The notes under the pieces are model-generated. The model searched no databases, was not told the origin of the DNA, and saw nothing but the letters and a program-made list of their open reading frames with translations. Made by a program: the position numbers and the translations under genes. A stretch of 64,000 nt of DNA from Leptospira sp. (lineage in GTDB: Bacteria > Spirochaetota > Leptospiria > Leptospirales > Leptospiraceae), in the NCBI GenBank assembly GCA_034439575.1, contig JAWXAQ010000002.1, forward strand, positions 1 through 64,000, in the 5' to 3' direction. Positions 32,345 through 42,385 of the stretch are shown here, in pieces. Each line of letters starts with the position of its first letter. The first letter of the stretch is position 1.

Positions 32345-32390
32345 CCTTAGCAAGTTTCTTCCTCCGATGTTGTCGGAGTAAGATTGTGTG

Positions 32391-32415
32391 AACCCGCAAG
32401 ACCTGCGGGTTTTTT
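32391..32415 (+). terminator. Intrinsic terminator
   Basis: AACCCGCA-agacc-TGCGGGTT followed by a T run. Confidence 0.85.
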
Positions 32416-32433
32416 CATTTATAGACGCATTAA

Positions 32434-33015
32434 TTATGCGATCGCTCTTGTAAATCCTCGCCTTGGACTATAAAATCCTGATTTTTTTTCATAATTTGGT
32501 CTCTCAATCCCAATAAATTGAAAGTGATCTTTCTTATTTATCGAATGAAAGAGTGATTTAAGTAGAGAATCCATGTTAGGGTGCGCTACATTCTTATAAA
32601 CTTTCTTTGATGCATCCTTTCCCCATATTTCCAAATGGTCAGATTCAGGTAATTTAATGATCAAAGAAGGCAAATCATAACGCTTCATTAAGATATGACA
32701 GGTATCTTCAAATCCGGCTTCAGTGATCGTTGTTTGGTCAAAGAAGGTTAAGAGATATAATATTGCGGCTTGTTCCACCGATCCGCTATCATCAGCGACT
32801 TTTTGTAAGCCATCCAACACAAGATACCGCAATTTTTTTGATTGAAGCCATAACTTTTGGTCTTCATGGCGCTTGAGATTTACTTCTTCTGAAAATCTTT
32901 TTTGAAAAACAGTTGCGAGAAAGAATCCTGTGGAATCATTTCGATCCGCTATAATTCTTTCCAATTCAAAAGGTTCGAATTCTAAATTGAAGTATTTACT
33001 GTAAGTATCTGCCAT
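32434..33015 (-). CDS. Hypothetical protein
   Basis: 193-aa ORF; no motif recognised. Confidence 0.7.
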   Translation of the reverse strand: MADTYSKYFNLEFEPFELERIIADRNDSTGFFLATVFQKRFSEEVNLKRHEDQKLWLQSKKLRYLVLDGLQKVADDSGSVEQAAILYLLTFFDQTTITEAGFEDTCHILMKRYDLPSLIIKLPESDHLEIWGKDASKKVYKNVAHPNMDSLLKSLFHSINKKDHFQFIGIERPNYEKKSGFYSPRRGFTRAIA

Positions 33016-33064
33016 ATCACTTATAGTAACGGACAGATGTTAAGAATAGATCGTAAAATTATAA

Positions 33065-34207
33065 TTAGAATTCTAACATTCTTCGTTCTGAATCATGAAT
33101 AAAAGTGAATCCTTCCTTTTTCCATGTATCCCAAAATTTAGCTGAACCTTCTCTCATAAAACAAATCCTTTCTTCCGTTGAGATGGGAGTTAAAACTAAA
33201 AAATTTACTCTCTTCCCATTTTCAGAAACAAGTCCATGCAATTGTGGAAGAGATAGATTTGTATTTGTATCCAATTCATCTGTAATATTATTAAATACAA
33301 ACCAATTGAAATCTAAGTACAATTGGTCTGGATCTTTTCTTGGATTTTGTATTGTGTGCGAATGACCAAACCAAATGCCCGTATTCCAAGGAAATTTTAT
33401 CATTTCACCAAGTGCATGTTGGATCCATTGTTCTGAATGATCTTCCGAATTTTCTAATAATTTAATAGCGAAAACAAGTTCAATGCGTGCGAAGTCTTCA
33501 AATTGTTTATGATACAACTCAACACTCGGTTGGTTTTGTACGCTCATACCTATCGTTGAAAAAACTCTAACACCAGGAAATTCTTTTGGATAAAAAGAAG
33601 CGATACCAAGTGATGGATAAGCTCCGCCATCTGCTGACCAATACTTATCATGTTTGCCGAGTTTTGATTCTAAAAATTCTAATCGTAGAGTTTGTGCTTT
33701 TTTCCAATGATCTTTTTTGGATACATCTTCCCAAAACTTTCGCGAAGCCTTCACACGTTCCGCAATGACACCATTCTCTGTATCACCTAAAGGAGATGCG
33801 GTGAGGGCTGTCTCTTTAGCTTCCTTGGCATAACCTTGGATGCCTTTGATGCCTGACCAAGGAGGAAGGTATGCATACAATTCATCTTTCACAAATAAAG
33901 CTACTGCATCACCTTCCTCGGCCCATATAAAATGAATTTCATCTTCTGTTAAACTGGGAAGCGCTTTTGGATGATTTAGTTCTGATGCAATGAGTATAGG
34001 TGCGAGTCCTTTTTGAAAATCATCAGGATCCCTTTCAATGGGAGCATCAATTAGATTTCTGATCCATAGTGATTTCATTTTCCATTCGGGATTGTTATGA
34101 GATTGTAAGTATAAATAAATCGTCCTTCCATCATCTTCTAAGAAGGCAGTGAAAGAACCGTAGGGATTTGCCTCTTGGTAGAGGACCTTTGGTTGATTTG
34201 GATTCAT
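33065..34207 (-). CDS. Suppressor-of-fused (SUFU)-like domain protein
   Basis: STIGMS..QP, RIELVF, W.G.SHTI, VNFL.L.PI...E. Confidence 0.8.
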   Translation of the reverse strand: MNPNQPKVLYQEANPYGSFTAFLEDDGRTIYLYLQSHNNPEWKMKSLWIRNLIDAPIERDPDDFQKGLAPILIASELNHPKALPSLTEDEIHFIWAEEGDAVALFVKDELYAYLPPWSGIKGIQGYAKEAKETALTASPLGDTENGVIAERVKASRKFWEDVSKKDHWKKAQTLRLEFLESKLGKHDKYWSADGGAYPSLGIASFYPKEFPGVRVFSTIGMSVQNQPSVELYHKQFEDFARIELVFAIKLLENSEDHSEQWIQHALGEMIKFPWNTGIWFGHSHTIQNPRKDPDQLYLDFNWFVFNNITDELDTNTNLSLPQLHGLVSENGKRVNFLVLTPISTEERICFMREGSAKFWDTWKKEGFTFIHDSERRMLEF

Positions 34208-34485
34208 TAAAATTTATGTGGGACGATTCTCTTTTTAAAATTTTCAATCAAACGATGGATTTCTTTATCCATATCTTTTTCAAAATAAATATCTGGAGCA
34301 TAAGAAGAGGCATTGCGTAGGCCAATGAGTTCTGGTTCATTCCACTTGCGATACGTTTTTAAAGAAGTCCATACCTCATCAGAAATGGGCAGAGATTGTT
34401 TTTTCGCATCGAGAAATGATTGAACAGTGCGTGTAGGAGTCATACTACCGTATAGGTTTTGTGATCTTTCTTCTTCTTCCAACAA
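34207..34485 (-). CDS. Small hypothetical protein
   Basis: 92 aa; stop overlaps the SUFU start (TAATG coupling). Confidence 0.65.
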   Translation of the reverse strand: MLEEEERSQNLYGSMTPTRTVQSFLDAKKQSLPISDEVWTSLKTYRKWNEPELIGLRNASSYAPDIYFEKDMDKEIHRLIENFKKRIVPHKF

Positions 34486-34570
34486 AAAATTATAGTTCTA
34501 TAGGGATTTATTTTCTACAAAATAGCAAGAATCGGGTTTTGATCCATTTCAATTTCTGTATAATGAAAAT

Positions 34571-35419
34571 ATGAAAGAAAATTCTTCTGAAAATTTCAAA
34601 CGAATTGAAGAGGCAATTCATTACCTTCGCAATCATTTTCAAGAACAACCAAATTTGGATGAGGTTGCGGCAGAGATTGATCTGAGTCCTTTCCATTTCC
34701 AAAGACTTTTTACCGAATGGGCTGGCGTTAGTCCGAAAAAATTTTTACAGTACATTACCATTAATTATGCGAAAGATAAATTAAAATCAGAGAATATAAC
34801 TTTATTTGATACGGCACTCGATGTAGGACTATCGGGAACGAGTCGGCTCCATGATTTGTTTGTAAATATTGAAGGCATGACTCCAGGTGAATATAAAAAC
34901 GGTGGAGAATTGTTAAAAATAAATTATAGCCTCACGGAGAGTCCTTTCGGAAATATTTTTTGTGCCTCCACATCTCGTGGGATTTGCCACCTGTCTTTTG
35001 TTAAAGATGAATCACAATCTTATCTTGAATTAGTAAACCTATTTCCAAATGCCAAATTTTACCAAGCGGTAGACCCACATCATACCAATGCCTTAAAATT
35101 ATTTTCAGAAAACTGGACGGATCTAAATCAGATCAAATTACATTTAAAGGGAACTGCATTTCAAATCAAAGTGTGGGAAGCACTCCTTCGTATTCCTTTA
35201 GGCGAATTGACAACATATGGACAACTCGCAAAAAGTATAGATAAACCGAGAGCCTCAAGGGCCGTAGGTTCTGCGATAGGTGACAATCCTGTTGCCTATT
35301 TGATTCCTTGTCACCGAGTGATTCAATCTACAGGTAATTTTGGACAATACCATTGGGGGAGTGATCGTAAAGTAGCTATGATTGGTTGGGAAGCAGCACA
35401 ATGCGAATTGGTAAATTGA
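34571..35419 (+). CDS. Ada-like AraC HTH + O6-methylguanine-DNA methyltransferase fusion
   Basis: LSPFHFQRLF..WAGVSPK; GTAFQ..VW, RAVG.A...NP, IPCHRV; lacks the N-terminal Ada Zn domain. Confidence 0.92.
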   Translation: MKENSSENFKRIEEAIHYLRNHFQEQPNLDEVAAEIDLSPFHFQRLFTEWAGVSPKKFLQYITINYAKDKLKSENITLFDTALDVGLSGTSRLHDLFVNIEGMTPGEYKNGGELLKINYSLTESPFGNIFCASTSRGICHLSFVKDESQSYLELVNLFPNAKFYQAVDPHHTNALKLFSENWTDLNQIKLHLKGTAFQIKVWEALLRIPLGELTTYGQLAKSIDKPRASRAVGSAIGDNPVAYLIPCHRVIQSTGNFGQYHWGSDRKVAMIGWEAAQCELVN

Positions 35420-35524
35420 ATTGATAAATTTAAATTTTATCATCATTCGCAATAAATTTGGTTCAGATAAAATTAGTATCATCAAAAGTATAAATTCTAA
35501 TTCAGATAAAAATAATTATACCAA

Positions 35525-36130
35525 ATGTCAGATTTATTCCCGATAGATAGAAATGTAAACTTGCTCCCGTTTGGTGGTATTGTAAATTACTTTGGTCCGA
35601 TTTTGAATGCGGAAGAATCCTCTCTTTTACTAAATTCCCTATTAAATGAAACACCTTGGAAATATGATGAAGCTGTAATATTTGGCAAACACATTTATAC
35701 AAAACGGAAAGTTGCCTGGTTTGGTGACGCTGGATTTTCTTATCATTATTCTGGCATTGAAAGAAAAGCCATACCATGGACGGATCTTTTATTAAACCTA
35801 AAAAGCAAAATTGAAACGTATGCTGGTGATACGTTTAATTCTTGTTTATTGAATTTATATCATGATGGAGATGAAGGAATGGCTTGGCATAGTGACGATG
35901 AAAAAGAACTAGGAAAGGATACAACCATCGCATCCTTAACATTAGGTGCAGAAAGAAGATTTTTGTTTCGTCATAAAATTAACAGAACAACAATTACGGT
36001 TCATTTAGAGAATGGAAGTTTGTTACTCATGAAAGGAGAAACACAAACGAATTGGTTACATTCATTGCCTAAAATGAGGCGAGTTAAATCTCCACGTATC
36101 AATTTGACGTTTCGGAAGTATGGGAAATGA
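35525..36130 (+). CDS. AlkB-family Fe(II)/2-oxoglutarate dioxygenase
   Basis: NSCLLNLY, WHSDDE, HSLPK, RINLTFR. Confidence 0.92.
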   Translation: MSDLFPIDRNVNLLPFGGIVNYFGPILNAEESSLLLNSLLNETPWKYDEAVIFGKHIYTKRKVAWFGDAGFSYHYSGIERKAIPWTDLLLNLKSKIETYAGDTFNSCLLNLYHDGDEGMAWHSDDEKELGKDTTIASLTLGAERRFLFRHKINRTTITVHLENGSLLLMKGETQTNWLHSLPKMRRVKSPRINLTFRKYGK

Positions 36131-36229
36131 TGTCTTACCTTTGTTAAAAGTTTTATTTGTAGGAATAGGCTCCGCATTACACAGAGCCCAATAATTTTAA
36201 ACTTTATAATATAAAATAATATTTAAAAA

Positions 36230-36985
36230 TCAATGACCTACCATCGTATGCGAGAGAAGAAAAAATCCGATCAACAACAAACTTTGTGCGATAAGGTAGG
36301 TGATCCAAGGCACTTGGAATTCCCAAACAGGATGTCTTCCTCCGTGAATGGTTGTCTCACCCATCACAGCATCAGAAAGTAAAAATACGAGCCCACCTAA
36401 CATAAGAAAAATCCAATACCCACCAAAAGCGATAAAGGCATTCACAGCGAGAGAGACGAAAAAACATAGAACGAGTCCATAGACAAAAGCAAAAATCATA
36501 ATCGGTTTTGGTCTTTTGGGATTATAAACACGGAAATAAAAGATAACAGCAGGCAATATCAAAAAAACCAAAGTGACCACATATGGAATGACTCCCGTAT
36601 AAACAGAATTCCAAGGTGTTAGCTGAAAAAATGCAGAGATATAAAATAACTGAGCCATAGCAAAACTCACAATGCCACCTATCAAAGGTTCACCGTTATT
36701 TTTAAGTGCTACGGGAAAGTGTAAATTAAACCAATCCCCTAGAATAGAAAATCCAACCGCAAAGAGAGGTGCAAGAAATACAGACTTACCTAAGTAAAAA
36801 AGTAAGCCCGCAAATATTACAATCTGAAAGGAAAAACCCAAATAGACACCTCTTGAAATTTCAAGGCGTGCCTTTCCTGTTGTTACCGAACGGAGAGTAA
36901 ACCAATGGATAAAAAAAGCAGAAACAACTGCAATAGGGATGGAAGCAAGGACTGCATAGTATGTCATACAAGACCTAGCTTCCAT
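36230..36985 (-). CDS. YhhN/lysoplasmalogenase-family membrane protein
   Basis: FS..GD, F...Q..Y, GG..F..SD, TY..AQ. Confidence 0.75.
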   Translation of the reverse strand: MEARSCMTYYAVLASIPIAVVSAFFIHWFTLRSVTTGKARLEISRGVYLGFSFQIVIFAGLLFYLGKSVFLAPLFAVGFSILGDWFNLHFPVALKNNGEPLIGGIVSFAMAQLFYISAFFQLTPWNSVYTGVIPYVVTLVFLILPAVIFYFRVYNPKRPKPIMIFAFVYGLVLCFFVSLAVNAFIAFGGYWIFLMLGGLVFLLSDAVMGETTIHGGRHPVWEFQVPWITYLIAQSLLLIGFFLLSHTMVGH

Positions 36986-37022
36986 TTAATATTTGATACT
37001 GGCAATAGAATTAATTTGAATT

Positions 37023-40000
37023 TTATCTCAGGAATAAACCTAATTGATTGTTGTTTAAAGAATTTGTTGTAACTACTGCAATTCTTGCATTTAAAGAATC
37101 AATAACCAAATTTCCTGAATAACCGCTCGAATTAATCCCCGTCGAGATATCAACTGTCGCCTCATTCCCCCCATCCAAGTCACAATAAAATAATTGTGGA
37201 CGATTATTTATACTTTCTGTTCCGACTATGAACAATTTACTATTCACAGAATCAATTTTGGCTGATATGTTGGTATTTGAACTTGAACTAAATATTATAC
37301 CAGATGAGATATCTTTATGCGTACAATTGCTTCCATCTAAATTACATCGAAAGAGACTAAGTTTATTCCCAAGGGCTTGATTTTTAGTTGTAATTAATAG
37401 TTTAGAATTAATTACATCTACATTTATGTAAGGTGAATATCCTGAATCAGAACCTTGCCCTGATGAAACATCCGTATGCGTACAATTATTACCGAGTAAG
37501 TCGCAAAGAATTAAACTAGGCTTATTGTTATTTGTTCCATTTCGAGTCACTATTACAATTTTATTTGAAATAGGATCAATCGTTGCATTTATTTCTGAAG
37601 AAATCAATGTTCCAAAAGCTAAACCGTGGTTCAATGTTTTTCCAACACAATTGGTTCCATCTAAATTACATCTAGAATAGATGATATTTTGAGAATTACC
37701 TGATCGTGAAACCATAATTAGTTTATTATAGAACGAATCCATGAGTAATGTCGGTTTGTAAGATACTCCCGTACCTCCAGAAATGTTTTGATTCGTACAA
37801 TTAGTACCATCTAAATCACAACGGAATAGTGATATATTAAAAGAACTACCACCATTAGTTCCAGCAATTAATAGTTTTTGATTGACGTTGTCAACTACGA
37901 GGAATGGGTCATAAGCAGTCGCGTTAGCTTGACCAGCTGAAATATCACTGTGGGTACAATTTGTACCATCTAAATCACAAATAAATAGACTAGGTTTACT
38001 TCCATTGGCGCTATTCCTTGTAGCAGTAATTAATTTTTGATTAAAATAATCAATTTTTGCATTTGGTTCCCCTCCAGATGAGGATCCTTGGTTTAGTGAA
38101 ATATCTACATAACTTCCAGTAGCACTTAATCCCATTGGCGTAGGTGCAGTTAAAGCACTTCCTTCAAATGTACTTATGCTTCCTGTTCCCACTGAGTTTT
38201 CTGCCTGAACTCGAAAATAATACGTCGTGTTAGCTGATAATCCAGTTAACAAAACATTTGGATTAGTTATTCCAATTATTTTCGGAGAACTCGCATTGAC
38301 ACCTTGAGTTGAACTATAATAAATCGTATAGGCTGAAGCACCGGCAGATTGCATCCATTCAAGAAAAATGTTAGTTCCACTGCCAGTCGCAACGATATTA
38401 TTAGGTGAACTTGGTACGCCGACGAAAAATGAAACGTCTAATTTTGTTCCAAGATTTAAGGCCATATCATTTGCTAAAACTTGTAATCGAATTAGACCAT
38501 CCGGTAAAGTAAAGGAACTTGAATATAAAGTACCAGTATTAAGGGAACCATTCGCTAAATAGCTTACTGTATCTGTCTCTCCAAGTGAATAAATAATATT
38601 TTTACACCCAGACCCATTCGTATCTGTACACTGTAAGGTGACCTGTGTACCTGATGGAAAAGGGCCAGGTCCAGTCGGCGAAACTATGCTCACAACGGGT
38701 ATTACACTGTCTTTATGTATCGTCCTGGTTATTGAACCTTCAACTCCAAAAGAAGTTGTAAAACAAATGCGTATTGTATTGTCTCCTTCGGCAAACAAGG
38801 CTTTGTTCATATTGGATGATCTAGAAATATTTGCGGCAACAGATCCTACTACATTTGAATTAGGTGCTCCTACGGTAAATGCCGTCCCCGTTGTGCAATC
38901 CGTACCACCAATCCTTAATTGATAATTTCCGGCCTTATTACTTTTCCAGTTGATATTCGGGTTCACAGTTCCTTTAACAAGACTTGTCACTGAATTTACC
39001 GTAATAACGGGAAGGTCAGAATCAACAACGTAGGTTTGTAAATTAATAGCAGATACGTTTCCAGCTGAATCTCTAGCTTGGAATTTGAGGGAAGTCGTCG
39101 TAAGATTGGCCATAGTAATCGCCGTATAACCATAAGCAGTGCCTGTCGTAATGACTCCAGTTACTGGATCAAATACAGGATCGGGTGCAACACCTGCTGT
39201 GTTTGTCGTATATACAATTCCATTACATCCAGATCCACCACCATCGGAACAACTCAGTGTGGGAGAAGGTTGAGTTCCATAGTTACCACTTCCGACGGAT
39301 GCAGAAACTGTCGGTGCCGTATCATCACGATAAACAGAGAAAGTAACTTCTGCTTTACGGCCGGCTTCGGAATTGAGACAAATTCTGTAATAATTGGTAC
39401 CTTCGCCAGTGAAGTCAGTGGCATCCCTAGTAAATGTATATTCAGTATCCGCAATGGCATTGCCTGACGCGAGAGTGACTCCATCGTTGCATGAATTGCT
39501 ACCGCTTCGTAATGTATAAGTCCCCGACTTCGATGACTTCCAGCGAGTTATAGATTGCGAAATTGCGCCAACATTTATACTTACACCTTTTGATGTTTGG
39601 CTAATGATTTGTATATTAGGCAAATTAGGATCGATAGTAAATACTTTCAAAATTTTACTTGAAACATTTCCACCTAGATCGCGACAAAAAGCTGTAACCG
39701 TATAATCACCATTTGCTGTTAACTTAAATTTACTATCTGCAGGATGACGAACAGTTCCATTTAAAGGCATAAAACTAGGGTTACTCGCATCGAGTGTATA
39801 AATAATATGTCCAGGTGCTTTGTCATCATTACATTGTAATGCGATTTCTGTTTCTGACGCATAAATTCCCGCTGGCGGATTTAAGGAAAGTGTAGGTGAA
39901 GATTTATCTTTTAACACATCTGAAGTGAGTGTGTCATTGGGAACTCCGTCGCTATCTGTATCAAATCCTAGAATATCACGTGACCCACTTAAAACTAAAA

Positions 40001-40460
40001 AAACAGGATTTCCTGAACCATTAGCACCTGTTCTAAGAACTCCACCACGCGAATTGACATTCAAAAAATATTCTGGATTTCCATCACCGTTTGTATCGAT
40101 AGAATCAGGTTTATTATCTGCGTTTAAATCAAGAGCTAGAATATTAGGAATCCCATCTCCTCGCAAATCGATCCCATCAGAGAATCCATCTCCACTTACA
40201 TCAATCCATGTTCCAGTGAAACTATTGTCGGAGGTAAGGCTAACACTCGTCCCAGGAGTTGTATCAATATCCGATGGCAACAGGAATAAACCTGCAAGTA
40301 GGTTTAAGGAATTTTGTGAACTCGGATTGATTAAATTCAGGAGTTGATCTTTTATAAAAACATTCGCTGAAGGCCAATACGTACAATTCGAAACTGAAAA
40401 TAATAAAAATATAGCAACTGTTAATTTATATAGAATTCTGTGCATACTAAGCTCCCACAC
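37023..40460 (-). CDS. Large surface lipoprotein: DxxGDG repeats, chitobiase-C-like repeats, FN3 domain, Cys-stapled beta-propeller
   Basis: SVSNC lipobox; IIYTLD.S.P-type modules; LSANTTYYFRVQAEN; six CxLxGxN repeats. Confidence 0.8.
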   Translation of the reverse strand: MWELSMHRILYKLTVAIFLLFSVSNCTYWPSANVFIKDQLLNLINPSSQNSLNLLAGLFLLPSDIDTTPGTSVSLTSDNSFTGTWIDVSGDGFSDGIDLRGDGIPNILALDLNADNKPDSIDTNGDGNPEYFLNVNSRGGVLRTGANGSGNPVFLVLSGSRDILGFDTDSDGVPNDTLTSDVLKDKSSPTLSLNPPAGIYASETEIALQCNDDKAPGHIIYTLDASNPSFMPLNGTVRHPADSKFKLTANGDYTVTAFCRDLGGNVSSKILKVFTIDPNLPNIQIISQTSKGVSINVGAISQSITRWKSSKSGTYTLRSGSNSCNDGVTLASGNAIADTEYTFTRDATDFTGEGTNYYRICLNSEAGRKAEVTFSVYRDDTAPTVSASVGSGNYGTQPSPTLSCSDGGGSGCNGIVYTTNTAGVAPDPVFDPVTGVITTGTAYGYTAITMANLTTTSLKFQARDSAGNVSAINLQTYVVDSDLPVITVNSVTSLVKGTVNPNINWKSNKAGNYQLRIGGTDCTTGTAFTVGAPNSNVVGSVAANISRSSNMNKALFAEGDNTIRICFTTSFGVEGSITRTIHKDSVIPVVSIVSPTGPGPFPSGTQVTLQCTDTNGSGCKNIIYSLGETDTVSYLANGSLNTGTLYSSSFTLPDGLIRLQVLANDMALNLGTKLDVSFFVGVPSSPNNIVATGSGTNIFLEWMQSAGASAYTIYYSSTQGVNASSPKIIGITNPNVLLTGLSANTTYYFRVQAENSVGTGSISTFEGSALTAPTPMGLSATGSYVDISLNQGSSSGGEPNAKIDYFNQKLITATRNSANGSKPSLFICDLDGTNCTHSDISAGQANATAYDPFLVVDNVNQKLLIAGTNGGSSFNISLFRCDLDGTNCTNQNISGGTGVSYKPTLLMDSFYNKLIMVSRSGNSQNIIYSRCNLDGTNCVGKTLNHGLAFGTLISSEINATIDPISNKIVIVTRNGTNNNKPSLILCDLLGNNCTHTDVSSGQGSDSGYSPYINVDVINSKLLITTKNQALGNKLSLFRCNLDGSNCTHKDISSGIIFSSSSNTNISAKIDSVNSKLFIVGTESINNRPQLFYCDLDGGNEATVDISTGINSSGYSGNLVIDSLNARIAVVTTNSLNNNQLGLFLR

Positions 40461-40652
40461 TTAGCCTTAGAAAAAATAATCTAGGCTAAAATATGTTCCA
40501 ACATTTACTAAATTATAGTAAACTAGTGGCGAAATTTGGCACGTCTGATGGGAATAAAAATTTGCCTAATGTAATGGATTGGGCTAAAAAGTCCTTAAAT
40601 TTTGAATTTATTGTTCCAAATCGGACATAATACGAATGACTCAAGAATTCAG

Positions 40653-40964
40653 TTAAAAGCTAGGAATGGGCCAAGGGTTTTGACTTTCCTTATCGCAATT
40701 TTTTAAATCATTAAAGTAAGCAGCGCATTGAACAAGAATGAGGTTCATTGCATCATTTCTCTCCATCTCGGTTAGATTGGAATATAAGCCAATGATATGA
40801 TTGCAATTAGCAACCCTGTCCGCTATGCTGCTTTGGAAATCAAAAAGGCCGCCAGGTTTATCATTTTTACAAACATCTCTGCCTGAAGTGCCTGGCCCCA
40901 TTTTACAATTGGAAAAAAGAAATATTGAAAGAGAAAAAAGCAAAATAATATTTTGCATACTCAA
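40653..40964 (-). CDS. Small Cys-rich lipoprotein
   Basis: LFSNC lipobox; four further Cys. Confidence 0.7.
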   Translation of the reverse strand: MSMQNIILLFSLSIFLFSNCKMGPGTSGRDVCKNDKPGGLFDFQSSIADRVANCNHIIGLYSNLTEMERNDAMNLILVQCAAYFNDLKNCDKESQNPWPIPSF

Positions 40965-40996
40965 CTCGATTTATTTATATTAAACAAGATAATCCC

Positions 40997-41422
40997 TTAT
41001 AAATAATCTTTCAAACAAGGTAAAAAGAATTCGTAATTTTTTTTACCAATTTGTATCATTTTGATGGTGTTAGGTATCGTTTGGAATTGGATTTGACCGA
41101 AAAACCAACCCATCTTTGTTGTGATTTTTTGAATATGCGAAAATTCTAATGAAAATTGATCGTGACTAGTTTTTATAAACGATTTATGGACAAAAATAAA
41201 TCTTTGATTTGTCAAAACAACTAGCCATTCCCCAGCTAAGTATTTTTCCTTTGATCCTTCCAGTAAACCCATGCAGTAACCTTTGATAACTTCATCTTCC
41301 TTTATTAGTTCGTGGAGGGTATGAAACTCAGGTATATATTTAAATAAAATATCTATATTGATATTTGGATGGTTTACAAGTAAAGATTTAATTTGTGAGA
41401 CAACGGTTTCTTTGGATGGCAT
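40997..41422 (-). CDS. Bacterial PH-domain-like protein
   Basis: VVLTNQRFIF...I..I..K.G.FFG.I. Confidence 0.7.
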   Translation of the reverse strand: MPSKETVVSQIKSLLVNHPNINIDILFKYIPEFHTLHELIKEDEVIKGYCMGLLEGSKEKYLAGEWLVVLTNQRFIFVHKSFIKTSHDQFSLEFSHIQKITTKMGWFFGQIQFQTIPNTIKMIQIGKKNYEFFLPCLKDYL

Positions 41423-41443
41423 GTCATATTTCCATATCTAGAA

Positions 41444-41487
41444 TTTTCTCCTATCAGTGAAGTTTGATATCCATTGATAGGAGAAAA
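41444..41487 (-). terminator. Hairpin terminator of the hydrolase-MaoC operon
   Basis: TTTTCTCCTATCAGTG...CATTGATAGGAGAAAA. Confidence 0.7.
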
Positions 41488-41495
41488 AATATTTC

Positions 41496-41915
41496 TTAAA
41501 CTGCTCTTACAACCAAATCGCCACCAGCTTTCACTTCGCCAGCTTCGTTTTTTGCCTCAACAAGTACAGTGACGGTTTTTTTACCATCTTTTTCAAACTT
41601 CTTTTTTATTGTACCGAAACAAGTTAGCTTTTCACCTAACTTTGTCATGGCTTTGAAAGTAACACCAAAATATTCTATGTCTTTCTGGTCCGCCCAAGAA
41701 GTACATAACCTTCCTACTTGTGCCATCACATACATACCATGAGAAATAGTTCCTTCGAGGCCTGCTTTTCGTGCAAAGTCAGGATCATTGTGAATAGGGT
41801 TAAAATCCCCAGATGCACCCGCATAACGAACTAAATTTGCATGTTCAATGACAGGAATATCAAGTGATGTTAGTGTTTCGCCAACTTCTACTTTATCAAA
41901 TTGAATTTTAGCCAT
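41496..41915 (-). CDS. MaoC-like (R)-hydroxyacyl dehydratase, catalytic subunit (HadB-like)
   Basis: YAGASGDFNPIH, ISHGM hydratase-2 motif. Confidence 0.9.
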   Translation of the reverse strand: MAKIQFDKVEVGETLTSLDIPVIEHANLVRYAGASGDFNPIHNDPDFARKAGLEGTISHGMYVMAQVGRLCTSWADQKDIEYFGVTFKAMTKLGEKLTCFGTIKKKFEKDGKKTVTVLVEAKNEAGEVKAGGDLVVRAV

Positions 41916-41933
41916 AAATATTATCCTCCTTCC

Positions 41934-42377
41934 TTAATCCTTACGAATGAATATGGCCATATCTGCTGAGAGAATAGGGTCATTTTTTTCATCATAAATT
42001 GTAGTTTTAAAAGTAACTATTTCTGCTCGTCCCATTTTAACGTCTGCGATTTCGGATTGAGCATATACTTTGCCTGGATAAAGAACTTTATGGTATGTAT
42101 ATTCTTCTTTTAAGTGCAGGATTTTGGAGAGGTCAATGCCGAGTTCCGCCATATCATTCCAAATCTTTGGATATCCCCAAAACATAATGACAGTAGGGAA
42201 TGTTAGTGGAGCAGGTACATCAGAGTAACCAGCTTTCTTTGCTTCTTCTACATCAAAATAGATAGGGTTTTTTTCATTGATTGCGAGACAAAATTCTTTT
42301 ATCTTCCCGCGTTCAACTGTGAAATCAAAACGATCTAGTTTCTTTCCAACTATATCTTTCGTAATTGCCATTGGCAT
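41934..42377 (-). CDS. MaoC N-terminal-type dehydratase partner (HadA-like)
   Basis: [11 protein letters not shown]...NPIY.D...AP.TF. Confidence 0.85.
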   Translation of the reverse strand: MPMAITKDIVGKKLDRFDFTVERGKIKEFCLAINEKNPIYFDVEEAKKAGYSDVPAPLTFPTVIMFWGYPKIWNDMAELGIDLSKILHLKEEYTYHKVLYPGKVYAQSEIADVKMGRAEIVTFKTTIYDEKNDPILSADMAIFIRKD

Positions 42378-42385
42378 TTATCTCC

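Noticed and set aside
33065-34485. SUFU gene pair as a toxin-immunity module
   Set aside because: No toxin-like domain recognised in the 92-aa partner or neighbouring genes.
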